Source: Bispira polyomma
Taxonomy: Eukaryota
DNA length: 64,000 nt
Direction of reading: 5' to 3'
Assembly (NCBI GenBank): GCA_965649765.1
Contig: OZ287757.1
Coordinates: 13,454,001-13,518,000, forward strand
The notes beneath the pieces were generated by a model. That model was not told where the DNA came from. It ran no database searches and saw only the letters and a list, made by a program, of their open reading frames with translations. The first letter of the stretch is position 1. The number at the start of each line of letters is the position of its first letter. Shown here piece after piece: positions 1 through 10,539 of this stretch. Position numbers and translations under genes: made by a program.

Positions 1-558
1 CCAGCACAAGTAATCTTTGTCCCTTATCAATAAAGAAACACACCATTTTTCAACGTCCCCCAAAGTGGTTTCGTTTGCCTGTAACTGGTTATAGAAACCA
101 TAGACAGAGGTTACCACCATTTCAAGTGGTGTCGTGTGCTCTTCTATGTACTTGTACCAGGATGCCCTAGGCTGGGATCAAACCACAGTCCTCTGTTTTC
201 TTAAGTAAACGTCTTGCCCACTAGACCCTACAGTGATAGGTATATGTTGGTCTATTACTGGTGTGGCGGCATCAGTGGTAACATACTCACCTCCCAGCTC
301 TGCAGTTATAGACTTAAATCTCAGACCATATATCATGTATGTAAGAACAATTTGGCAGTAGACTTGCTGAAGGCTGGTGGTTTTCAGAACAGCAAACATT
401 GACCAACTGCTCTGATTTCCTCAACCAATGAACTGACCTGTCGTGATATCTGACACGAGAAGTCTTGCAACCGAAGTTAAACCGCAAACAAAATAAATTT
501 TGCTGGTGTTACTAAGTGCATTGCATTAAATCATGTGCTGTTTCCTGTTTCCCTGCAG

Positions 559-662
559 ACTGGGGGAGAATCATAAATATCTCTTCTGTCCACGGCTTGA
601 AAGCTTCGCCCAATAAAAGTGCCTATATAGCTTGTAAGCATGGGATCGTGGGATTCACTAAA
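559..662 (+). CDS. HBDH-like SDR exon (catalytic Ser and YxxxK)
   Basis: ttccctgcag acceptor and gtgagt donor; encodes WGRIINISSVHGLKASPNKSAYIACKHGIVGFTK. Confidence 0.92.
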
Positions 663-3600
663 GTGAGTATGGACCATGAAATGGCAAGTGGATGGCCTTC
701 CATTACAGACAAATGCATAGGTTATTTAGCCATATTTTTGGTTTTAGTCTCTTCAAATTCTGAACAATGGCATGTTATGTCAATTATTAATTTATGTTAG
801 ACAGTTGTGTTTGATAACACTCACATGACAGATATAAGGTCAATCTTCAGTTGTGACAGAAATGTATATCTATTCTTCTGGAAAGAATATTAGAAAGCAC
901 TATATGCATAAGTTTTGTCAGTTTAGTATGACAAACATCCATTTTTGGTATTGGTACAATTTGTAAGCTTAAGAGCTGCATATAAAAGTCCTTAAAAACA
1001 ACTGACTGTAATGGAGTTTTATATCAAATCAAACAGTTTTACATGAAAGTAAAAACATTATGTAAAAGCACCATAAATAATTATGAAAATGAATGACTAT
1101 GTTGATAGACGGGGAGTAATTTAACATTTCCATTCTTTGCAATTCTACTTAGGAATGAAAATGTTACAATATAGGTATAAATAATTGTAATTTGTAATTA
1201 TATTTTCAAGCAAATTAAGTACTACTTATATAATGCAAGAACTTATAATGTTATGATGTTAGAACTCTTTTATGTTTCAATCCAATTCCATACAAAAGGG
1301 ATCATCAACTATTTAATTAGCTATCTTATATTTTATAAAAAGCTAATAATTACACAGATCATTTACCAAGACATTCAAATACTGATAACTTTTTACTTTC
1401 TTGTAAACAGATCTTCTGAATAGTACTTTTAAACAGTTTTCGTACTTGTATTTAAGTAGTTTGCTAAAAAAAGTAGTTGTATCTGTACTTGCACCTCAGG
1501 ATTTACACAATACTTTTAAATATACTTGATCTCAACCCTGTTGTCTTATAACTTCATAGGGTATTGCCTTGGAGACGGCTGGCTCAGGTGTCACCTGTAA
1601 TGCTATCTGTCCTGGATATGTAGACACGCCCAGTAAGTCACCTCTATGTAGTGTGTTCGTGTAAGAAAAGTATCTATATGGGTGATATAAGTATGGGTTT
1701 TGTTCAAATAGGAATATAAGAGCATTCTTAAAATACTGAAAAATTGTACTCCACTACTGTGTATTTGAATAAGTCTGAGCACATAAAGTTTAATTGTAAA
1801 TTCATTTAAATGTAAGAATTTAGTTTTTTACTTTTCATATTTTGTTAAATGTGTATTTTTGGTATGTTTGTAAATGTTTTTTGTGCCAAGAGCACGAATT
1901 ATATGAATAAATAGAAAATTCTTCTTCATCACTGTGATATTATTTGCTGAAATAGTATATTAAAATAGTATACATGTTTTAATATTTCCCCTTAATGTGG
2001 CTGTTCCACTATCAAGATAGATTTTGACGATCCTGGTAGCACCCTGCTTAATTCGTTGGACTACCTGCAGTGATACACCAATTATGATCCAGGACAGGAA
2101 ATACTTAAAATCTTTAAAAATGACCTCGATAATCCGGAGCTACACCCTGGGTGATCTTTAAGGTCACAACGATTCCACTACGATTGCCGCATTTAACCAG
2201 GGCCCCAGGGAGCAAGCAAATTAACCGTACCCCCTCCCTGATTGTAAAGATCACCTGTAGTGGCCACCCCGATTGCAAAAGATCACCCATAGTGGCCACC
2301 CTGATTGTAAAGATTAGTCGGGGTGTCACCCAATTTGACTGATCTTTATCACATAATCCCTTGTTTGTCTACGGTTTTGGATATAAAAGGTCAATTTTTT
2401 GCATGTTTCAGACGATTTTTTTCCCAAAGAGCACATTGACAATTCATAATTGAGAAGATGATTGAGTAGATATGCCACCAAAAAGTAGGATGATGATTGC
2501 TGGGACATTCATGATCTTTGTTGGCAAGATGATGGAGATCTTTAGAGTGTTGCTGCAGCGGAGTGCTAGAAGGGAGGGAGCTAGGGTTGCCCATCAACCT
2601 GAGGGGGACCCATGAGAAGATGGAGACCAGAGGAGACCAGATGAGACCGCAGCCTTTACACAGTATGACCCCCAGGAATTTAGGAACTACACGAGGATGA
2701 ATGTCAAAATCTTCAATGAGATGGCAGTAAGGCTGGAGGGCAGGCTGCAGAGAGGGAGGACATGGTATCGTGCTGCATGCTGGAATGAAGCTGGCCATTG
2801 TGTTGCGATGTTTGGCCACTGGGGACTTAACTAACAGCTTGGCCTTTGACTTAAGGGTCAGCAGATCCAGTGTAAACAAGATGGTGCTTGAAGTTTGTAA
2901 GGCCATTTCGGAAGAATACCAGGATGAGTGGCTGTCTGTCCAACCACCCCAGATGACTAAATAGAGGTAGACGGTGTCTTCTATACCAGATGGAATGTGC
3001 CCAATGTCGAGGAGGTGGCAGTCAGTACTTTAACTACAAAGTCTTCCACTCCATAGTAATGCTGGCCCTTGTAGATGCCAAGTACTGATTCCTCTGGGTG
3101 GATGTTGGCTGCAGTTGGTCGTGGTCGGATTCCTAGATATTCAACCATTCTGACACAAATGCTGCCTTCTTCCTCTTGAAGTTTGACTTCCTCACAGACT
3201 GAGTGATGATGTGCGGCCTCAAAAAGGTGAAATGTTCTTTCATCTGGGTCCATCTCTCCATCAACTCGGATGGAGCCTGCCCAGACTTCAAAACACTTTT
3301 GTTTGGAGTTTTGTCCTTTGCGACTGAAATCATCATTTCAATTCCTCTGGATCCCTTCTCATCTTAGCCACAATATCTGTATAGCAAGCTTCTTTCTTTA
3401 CAATGTCCTTAAAGTCTTACTCCTTTTTGTTGAAGAGCAACTCGTCTTCTCTAAGCCAGTAGACCAGGGCTTCCTTCAGTACAGTCAGTGCAACACTCTT
3501 GGTTTTCTCCCTCTTGTACTCTCGCTGGGTGTCACCTTGCCCCCGGACTTGTTCGTGTAGGATTTGGATTTGGGTAGTCCCTGCCGGGGCCTCTCTACTT

Positions 3601-6232
3601 CTTCTTCCCTCCCCACCCTCCCTGCTGGTTGTGGTGTTTCCTGTTTCCCCCTGTGGAACCCCCTCTTCCTTCCCCTCCTCCTGAAGTGCAACTCCCACAT
3701 GAAACATGGACTCTGCCTCCTCAGCAGCTGGGGCCATCCTTCTCATTTTGCCTTTGCCTTTGCTCCCCTTGGGTGGCATTTTCAAATTGTTCTTAAGTCA
3801 CAAAACAACAACAAAGTCGTAAAAATTTATTATCTATAAATCTGTCTAATATCTGTGAAAAATGCCAACACTGACGTAGACTCATGGAAGTGTAAAGATC
3901 GAATGAAGTAAAAATGACCTTTAAAGCTGTCCTTTATTTATACCCCTCGACATAACCATTCCGATTGTTAGAATTATTCGAGGCCCACACTGGCTAATCC
4001 TCATATACCCCAGTTAATCTTTACAATCGGGGTGCCACCCTGAGTAATCCTAATAATCAGGGAAGCCACCTCGGTAAATCTTAACAATCGGGTATGCTAC
4101 CATGGTTAATTTTTACAATAGCGGTGATTAATACAATGATTAACCGGGAAAACACTCCCAATTACTTGGTGTCAATGAGGATTACATTTTGATGTGTTTT
4201 TTTTTGGAGTGGGGGAAATACCCGAGTCCTCAGGTTGCCAACTACATTACCACAGTGGCATTAGGAGTACTCAGGGGAACTCCCTAATTATCAGGCACAG
4301 AGGGGGTAAAATTTCCAATCAGGGGATTTTCTAAACATGTTCAGAAACTTCACAATCACTTGTTTGCTCCCCGGATCACATTGATTATGACTCGGACTTT
4401 CTGGATCAACCCTGGATCATCATGATAAATCCAGATAGCTACAGGATTATGTCCGGGTGCCCACAATCGGGGGTGCTCCCGATCTATCTTGATTGTGAAA
4501 CAGGGGTATTACTATTGCAAAAAACAAACAAACTTTTTTGTTACAATTACAACATTAATTTATGTTTTGTAAAGATAAGCCACCCTGTGAGGTACAGTTA
4601 TTTGTAAAGTCCCTGTGAGAGGGTTGTGACCTTTCCCCTCTGAGTCAGTTCATCAGCTTTACGCCCCAAAATATTCTAGACTGATTTACTTCAAATCTGG
4701 TGAAGGGATGGGGCATGCATATTTGCAGCACCAAGTGCTCACTTGTGAGCTTATAGTAAGACAGATAGAGTTTTAAAATAAAACAGTATACTATTTGTTC
4801 TAGTTTTACAGGGTCAAGTTAAGATGTTATCAGAAAAAGAAAATCTTACATTAGATGAAGCCAGAAAGAAGTTCCTCAGTAGTTTCCATCCCTCAGGTTC
4901 CCCTGTGGGTATAGACCATGTAAGTGTATATTTTTCTTACCACTACATGAACCCATTATACAAGCAAGATTGTTTTTGTCGAATGTAACCTTAGTTTGTG
5001 CAAATTCGTAGCCACACACACTGTGTGTTTTTGAACTGCATGTATGCTATTCACTAATTGTTCATTGTTTTTATATATGTATCTCATTTTAATGAATTAC
5101 AGTATATGTTCAGTGGTACACCACAATGACCTTTAAACAATAGCTTAATTATATTCACAAAAGCATTTTTCTATAGCATAATATTAAATATAAAGCAAAA
5201 GTAAGCTGCCAGCTAAACATTCATAAAACAATCAATAACCTTTATTCATTGGCAAATATGGGTGAATATATCCACTCTTTAAAATGAAACAATAGTAAGC
5301 TGCCAGATGTTTATATATACCAACAATGAACCTAACCGTTCATCTATTGTAAACATGGTTTAATATACTCACTTATACATACAATATTCCAGACTCTTAT
5401 TAGATTTGTAACTTGTGTATTGTATCTAGTATAACCTTATTAAAGTGGCATCAGTGAATGTGGATTTTAAATATTTTTTCTCGAAATATTAATACTTAGA
5501 ATGCTTATGAGTTGCACACTATCTGTTTCTACTACTGTTTTACCAAGTTGAAACTTTCGAATATCAATTGGAAATAAAACACTCTCTTTCGTATACCAGT
5601 GGTTATCACCACAGTGTAATTGTTTTTTTACAGCTGGCCAAATTATGTTATATCCCTCAATGACCACTTTATATTGACTAGACCTTCAAGCGACGACTCT
5701 GATTATCATACAAATTTCCTAGATACTAAGCCATAACGGACACCTACAAATTACCACACATCAACTACCACAACAACTATTCTGTACATATATATTGTAT
5801 TCAATTGAACACCATCTGGCATTCAATGGGCTCTGGTACCTTTTATTGACAAGTGCCAAATTGCAGCCAAGCGGCATCAGTAATTGCCATTTCCCCAAAT
5901 GGAACAGAGAGGGTGGGGAATGACACTATCAACATCCCTAAGAATCTTGGCCTACCACTGGAAATATGACCCAAATAACAGTCATCCAACCCACCATCGA
6001 TCTCCCTGTAGCTGGTCGCTCCATGCTGGGATCGAACCCATGTGTTGCTTAGTAGGCCACGGTGTCATATCTGATTATAATATTACCATATGTGTCCCCC
6101 CCAAAAAATTAAAAATGTGTTTTTGAAATATATACATAGCTTGGGGATGCAGTCTGCTTCCTGTGCACAGACTCCGCCTCACAGATGACGGGCAGCAGTA
6201 TGGTAATAGATGGGGGCTGGGCTTCAAAATGA
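559..6232 (+). CDS. bdhA: 3' half of a spliced D-3-hydroxybutyrate dehydrogenase-like classical SDR, join(559..662,1560..1632,4804..4919,6140..6232); 5' exons lie upstream of the window
   Basis: Four GT-AG-bounded, phase-compatible exons translate to (D)WGRIINISSVHGLKASPNKSAYIACKHGIVGFTK-GIALETAGSGVTCNAICPGYVDTP-ILQGQVKMLSEKENLTLDEARKKFLSSFHPSGSPVGIDH-LGDAVCFLCTDSASQMTGSSMVIDGGWASK*. This has the SDR catalytic S...YxxxK, NAICPG and DGGW motifs plus the SVHG/NKSAY signature of bacterial HBDH. Confidence 0.88.
1100..1540. mobile_element. Remnant of a hAT-type MITE (right end clear, left end uncertain)
   Basis: GTACTTG-rich subterminal repeats ending TACTTGATCTCAACCCTG, the same terminus type as the intact element at 35699-36420. 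Confidence 0.45.
1560..1632 (+). CDS. HBDH-like SDR exon
   Basis: acttcatag acceptor and gtaagt donor; encodes GIALETAGSGVTCNAICPGYVDTP plus 1 nt. Confidence 0.92.
2670..3125 (+). pseudogene. Degenerate Harbinger (DDE_Tnp_4/HARBI1-like) transposase
   Basis: Fragments FRNYTRMNVKIFNEM, GMKLAIVLRCLATGD...VLEVCKAISEEY, RWNVPN and GGSQYFNYKVFHSIVMLALVDAKY*FLWVDVG; stops, frameshifts, and the first catalytic (AIDGKH-type) motif deleted. Confidence 0.85.
3133..3785 (-). pseudogene. Degenerate Harbinger accessory Myb/SANT (MADF-like) DNA-binding protein
   Basis: MPPKGSKGK... low-complexity N-terminus, then EALVYWLREDELLFNKK and ERWTQMKEHFTFLRPHI; convergent with the transposase as in two-gene Harbingers. 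Confidence 0.65.
4804..4919 (+). CDS. HBDH-like SDR exon (substrate-binding loop)
   Basis: ttgttctag acceptor and gtaagt donor; phase 1 start matches the previous exon; encodes (I)LQGQVKMLSEKENLTLDEARKKFLSSFHPSGSPVGIDH. Confidence 0.88.
5790..6066 (-). mobile_element. tRNA-derived SINE remnant
   Basis: Minus strand reads GACACCGTGGCCTA...GGGTTCGATCCC (A-box remnant and B-box). Confidence 0.5.
6140..6232 (+). CDS. HBDH-like SDR terminal coding exon
   Basis: tatacatag acceptor; encodes LGDAVCFLCTDSASQMTGSSMVIDGGWASK then TGA, a typical SDR C-terminus. Confidence 0.92.
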   Translation, partial: LGDAVCFLCTDSASQMTGSSMVIDGGWASK

Positions 6233-6668
6233 CTGACACTTCTTGCTGAAGACTCCGATTTAAAAAATGACTGGCATTGGAAGCCTGGTTATAGATAGAG
6301 GATGCAGTTAAAAGTGATTGATACTAGCCATATAAGGAAATATATTACTGTTATAGTAAACATATATAAAAAGGCTTGCGAGTAGGTACAGAAAGTATAC
6401 AAAACGGTTTTGATAGTTAAAAAACTGAAGACAAAATTTAATAATATACAAAACAAACCAGCCCACAAAAACAACAAACTTAAAGACAAAACCAGAGCAA
6501 CCCATTAATGAGAATGTTGCATCAGATTTTATTATATATTTCCGGCTAAGATTTGCAATGTGTAGAAATAAATGAAATAAAAGAGAAAAAAAATTAGGCT
6601 TTGTGACATTAGTCCCACCCCATCGATCGTTTAAAATGTGCATAAAATCTGCATTTTATTATCTGTAC

Positions 6669-6674
6669 AATAAA
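6669..6674 (+). terminator. Candidate polyadenylation signal of the SDR gene
   Basis: AATAAA preceded by TGTA and followed by a GT/T-rich tract; alternative AATAAA sites at 6567 and 6576. Confidence 0.4.
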
Positions 6675-7414
6675 ATGATAGTTATTTATGTGTTTCTGTT
6701 GTTTTACCTGTTTGTGGTAAATGATACAGCATTGAAATTATGCCAAGGCACTACTTTGCCTAAATTGTTTGATCTGCCCTTATACCTGGATCCATGCTCC
6801 CAGGTTCTATCTTGAAAAAAGATGCATCAAATACATTTAAATATTCAGCATTTTATCTTATTCAATTTATGCGACAATAACAAAAAAACAACAAACACGT
6901 TTGCACCTTATTTAACAGACTGTTCTCATATAACAATAAACTCTTTTCAAAACTTCATTTCCAAAAGTGTAAATTGATTATTTTTTCAAATAGTTTTTAA
7001 ACAATAGGCATTTTAAGCATACCATGCTGATACAAACTTATTCAGAATCTGTCGTCTCTAAATGACAATCCATTTGTTTTTCTCCCCAAACAAAAACATG
7101 TGAGCACTAGAATATCAATTTCTCTTTGAAGTGTTATGTCCCTTATTGAGCATTCACCACCAGTCTATGTGAAGCTACAGATGCAGATGACAGCAAACTA
7201 TTAAAATAAGCATTAATGCCAGGTATCTCCCTGTTTATTAAATGTATTTCTAATAACCAGGACCAGTCTCTCTGTTGCTATTGCTTTTTTATTGATGCAT
7301 CAGTGACATCAACATGTTTTGCAGTAGATCATTCTAAATAGAGGCTTTTTCATCTTTCTTTTTTGCAAATGAGTTACCAGTTGCATTGCTCACAACAAGT
7401 AGCCGTGCATGTAA

Positions 7415-7720
7415 ACATTTAAGTCGGATATAAACCACAACCTGAGTTATTTTCATGGAAGTGGTACCTTTGCATTGCACTGTTAATTCGGATAAGCCAA
7501 GCTCTGGAGTTATCTTTATGAAATATTACCTTTGTATGAAACCTTTAATACAGATAACCCACTAGCTATATCTTTATGGGAATGTTAATTTTGTATTGGA
7601 CCTGTCATTCAGATTACATACACGCTATAAAATAATCTTCATTGAAATGTTAATATTGTATTGAATCTTTAATTCAGATAAGCAAAAATATATGAAATTA
7701 TGTTCATGGAAATGTGAATA
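7415..7720 (+). repeat. Diverged ~60 bp minisatellite, about 5 units (paralogous array at 17865-18180)
   Basis: Recurring CTTTAATTCAGATAA...GCTATGAAGTTAT..TCATGGAAATGTTA...TGTATTGAAC unit. Confidence 0.7.
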
Positions 7721-9239
7721 TTTCTTTTTGGTCAGGTATGGACATACAAAGCTCTAACAACAATTTGGTATTTTATTAGTCAAGTTCAAGAAAAACAAAT
7801 CATTTTGTGGTAGAATATGCAATTATTATCATTGGGTTCAGCAACCAACATGATTACAGATTACTAATTACAGATGCTTAACTGACTCCATAAAATATTC
7901 AATAGCTAATTAATCTGCTGCCAATATGAAGTTTGCTCTGCTCAATCAAATGCATATATTGGATTATCCATACTCTATCAACCACAATCATTGAGTAACT
8001 TTCCCAGATACACGCCAGGGATGAGTACTGAGGCTGTTATTTGTAGTTTTGAAAGCTTCTGCAGAAATTGACCTTAAATTGTTTTCCATGCTCTGAAAAG
8101 AACTGTATTAGTCTTTAGCACCTTATGAAGGATCCTCACAGCCACAAATTAATACAGATTGATTATAGCACGTACCTTAGTAAGATTATCAGTATAATTG
8201 TCATTGTATTACAAAATCAACTTTGTTGTAATACTTTCTCAAATATAATTGTGAAGTAACATTATATTTTACACATGCTTTTTGCTGACAATGCACATCA
8301 ATGTGTAGATTATATACATGCACCTTAAACATCTGTGATCTTTTAAAATCTTCTGATGCTGAAATAACCTTATTTGTTTAATTAATACCATAAATAGGAA
8401 ATGATTAAACAGGATATCCTCATTAACACGAATCATATTGCCTTGTTTCAGTTAAACAAATAAGACCTTACATATAATTACAACCAATCTTAGGTTGACA
8501 TATATCTTCTTCATTCAAATAAACCTAATAGCTAAAAGTAAACTACTTTGATACTTAAAATAATAAAACTTAAGGCTATCTTAAAGTCAAGAGTTGTTAG
8601 TTATTACAATAGGTTGGTCATCATTGGTTAAGATTGATACTTAAGGTGACCTTTATCTTGATAGGTTATTACCGTTTGTATATAAAATTTAAGTTTAACA
8701 TAAATAAATGTGAAACAAATTGGTGTTTTTCAAGATCAAACTTTGAAGGTCAAAGTTAACCCACAGATCAAAGGTAGGAAGCAAAAAATATAAGTCTGAA
8801 CTTACTAAACAATATGTTGCTTCTATTTTACCTTGTGTAGAATTCATTTCACTGGGGTGGTGAAACTGATCAGTGAAGTATCAGTCTGAGTCATGGAATT
8901 GTGTCATTTCTGCATTATTAATGGCAGCAGGAATAGGATTTGTGTGAAGACTAGGAACATCAACAATATCTAAATATGTCATTTGTAGCTCTAATGATAC
9001 AGACTGTGTGAAAACATGTAGCCTTGTATATTTTGTATTTGTATCCAAAGACGAAAGATGGTGATACTTTTTTCTTGTACTAAAATTTTGGTTAAGTAAA
9101 TAAGTAATTAAACTTCAATTGGCAAAGTATTCTGAATTGAGTGCTTTGTTTGTGATATGTGTGTTGTTGAGCTACAGTTTGATGTGTTGCAATAAAGTCA
9201 TTAATGATAAAGAGGTTATTGCTTTTTATAACCATAGAC

Positions 9240-9415
9240 AGGTCATGGTGGCTCAGTGGTTAGAAACACCTGCTCTGTTACCCACACTGGCATCTTACCA
9301 ATGTGGGTTTGAATTTGCCGCAGGTTGGTGTTTTTTTTTCGCAAATATCTGGGCTTCATGATATTACATAAGCTGTGGAAAGCAATATAAAACCCAACTA
9401 AATACTATAAATTAA
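9240..9415 (+). mobile_element. tRNA-derived SINE (internally deleted)
   Basis: A-box TGGCTCAGTGG, B-box-like GGTTTGAATT, and a 3' tail shared with the other SINEs in the window. Confidence 0.6.
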
Positions 9416-9518
9416 TTCTACAAACATAACTAGTGGTTTTACATCAGTTTCAATGTCTCCAGTTATATTTGTCAAGATATAGTTGTTGGTCAAATCAGTA
9501 CTAGATGATAAAATAATG

Positions 9519-10225
9519 CGATTGTGAAGTTTCTGAACATGTTCAGAAAATGGGCCGATTGGAGATTTTACCCTCCTTTAGGCCGGGATAATCAGGAGTA
9601 ACCCTAATGTCACTCCGGTTGATCTGGGTGCATTTCCCTCCCCATAGCCATAAAACAACAAAATGGAATCCCTATTGTTGTAAAGATCAACCTGGGTGGC
9701 ATCCCCGATTGTTACTATCAACTGGGGCGGCTTCCTCGATTGTTAAGATCAACTGGGGCGGCTTCCCTGATTGTTAAGATCAACTGGGGTAAAACCCTGA
9801 TTATAAAGATTTCTCTTTGGGAATATTTTTTAACTATCTGGAACATGGAAAAAAACTGACCTTTTATACCCAAAACCCTAGACAAACAGAGATTAGTCAA
9901 ACATGGTGTCACCCAGGTTGATTTTTACGTTCGGGGAGGTCACCCAGACTGATCTTTACGATGGGGAGGTCACCCAGGTTGATCTTTACGTTTGGGGAGG
10001 TGACAAAGACTGATCTTTATGATGGAGGAGGTCACCCAGACGATTTTTGCAATCTGAGAGGTTATCGCAGTTGAACCGTTGGGCCCTAAAGATCACCCTA
10101 GTGTACCCCAGGATTATCGAAGGCATTTTAAAATATTTCCTGTCACAGCAGGAGGTCCAGAGGATTCAGCAGGATGCCACTGAGATTGTAAAAATCAGGG
10201 CTGCTTCAGATCGATCTTGACAGTG
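9519..10225 (-). mobile_element. Non-autonomous Harbinger derivative related to the 1995-4509 element
   Basis: Reverse complement matches both ends of the intronic element (9520 ~ 4357, 9810-9900 ~ 2330-2430, 10210-10225 ~ TIR); facing arrays of 30-bp repeats; coding region absent; absent from paralog X2. Confidence 0.85.
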
Positions 10226-10284
10226 TTAGTAAAGTAGGTATATGTGAAATATAATTGAAATGCAGTTGACACACCCAACGGTTC

Positions 10285-10534
10285 CAGGGGCCATATTCAG
10301 AAATGTCTTAGTCTTAACATAGTCTTAAGCTTAACATTTATGTATGAACTATTTGAGACTGCCTATTGTTAGTCTTAATGTTAAGAGTAAAGTTAAGGCA
10401 GAGCAATCTTTCTTACTGCCACTGGGACTTAAACCAACTTAACTTAATCGTAACCTATCCAGCTCAAATCAAAAACCAAAATGTGAAGTGTAAGACAAAG
10501 TTAACAATAATACTTTTTGTAAATGTGGCCCCTG
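10285..10534. mobile_element. MITE, ~250 bp (possibly Harbinger type with CWG target)
   Basis: TIR CAGGGGCCATATTCAGAAA vs TTTTGTAAATGTGGCCCCTG; left-truncated paralog at ~26088-26276. Confidence 0.75.
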
Positions 10535-10539
10535 AGGAG

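Larger units (their letters stand above)
1995..4509 (+). mobile_element. PIF/Harbinger DNA transposon, internally deleted, inside an SDR intron
   Basis: TIR core CTGTTCCACTATCAAGATAGAT (2001-2022) vs ATCTATCTTGATTGTGAAACAG (4482-4503), 2 mismatches; TA/TWA-like flanks; subterminal ~30 bp GATTGTAAAGATCACC-type repeats in opposite orientation at the two ends; transposase and Myb/MADF-like remnants inside. Confidence 0.88.

Noticed and set aside
516-800. 94-aa ORF as a complete gene
   Set aside because: Only 559-662 is SDR-like; the rest is intron read-through past clear splice sites
9240-9330. tRNA gene (also 43120 and 55281)
   Set aside because: A/B boxes only, no cloverleaf, followed by SINE body and tail
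9678-10060. Regular 30-bp repeats resembling a CRISPR array
   Set aside because: No unique spacers or cas genes, eukaryotic context; they are Harbinger subterminal repeats
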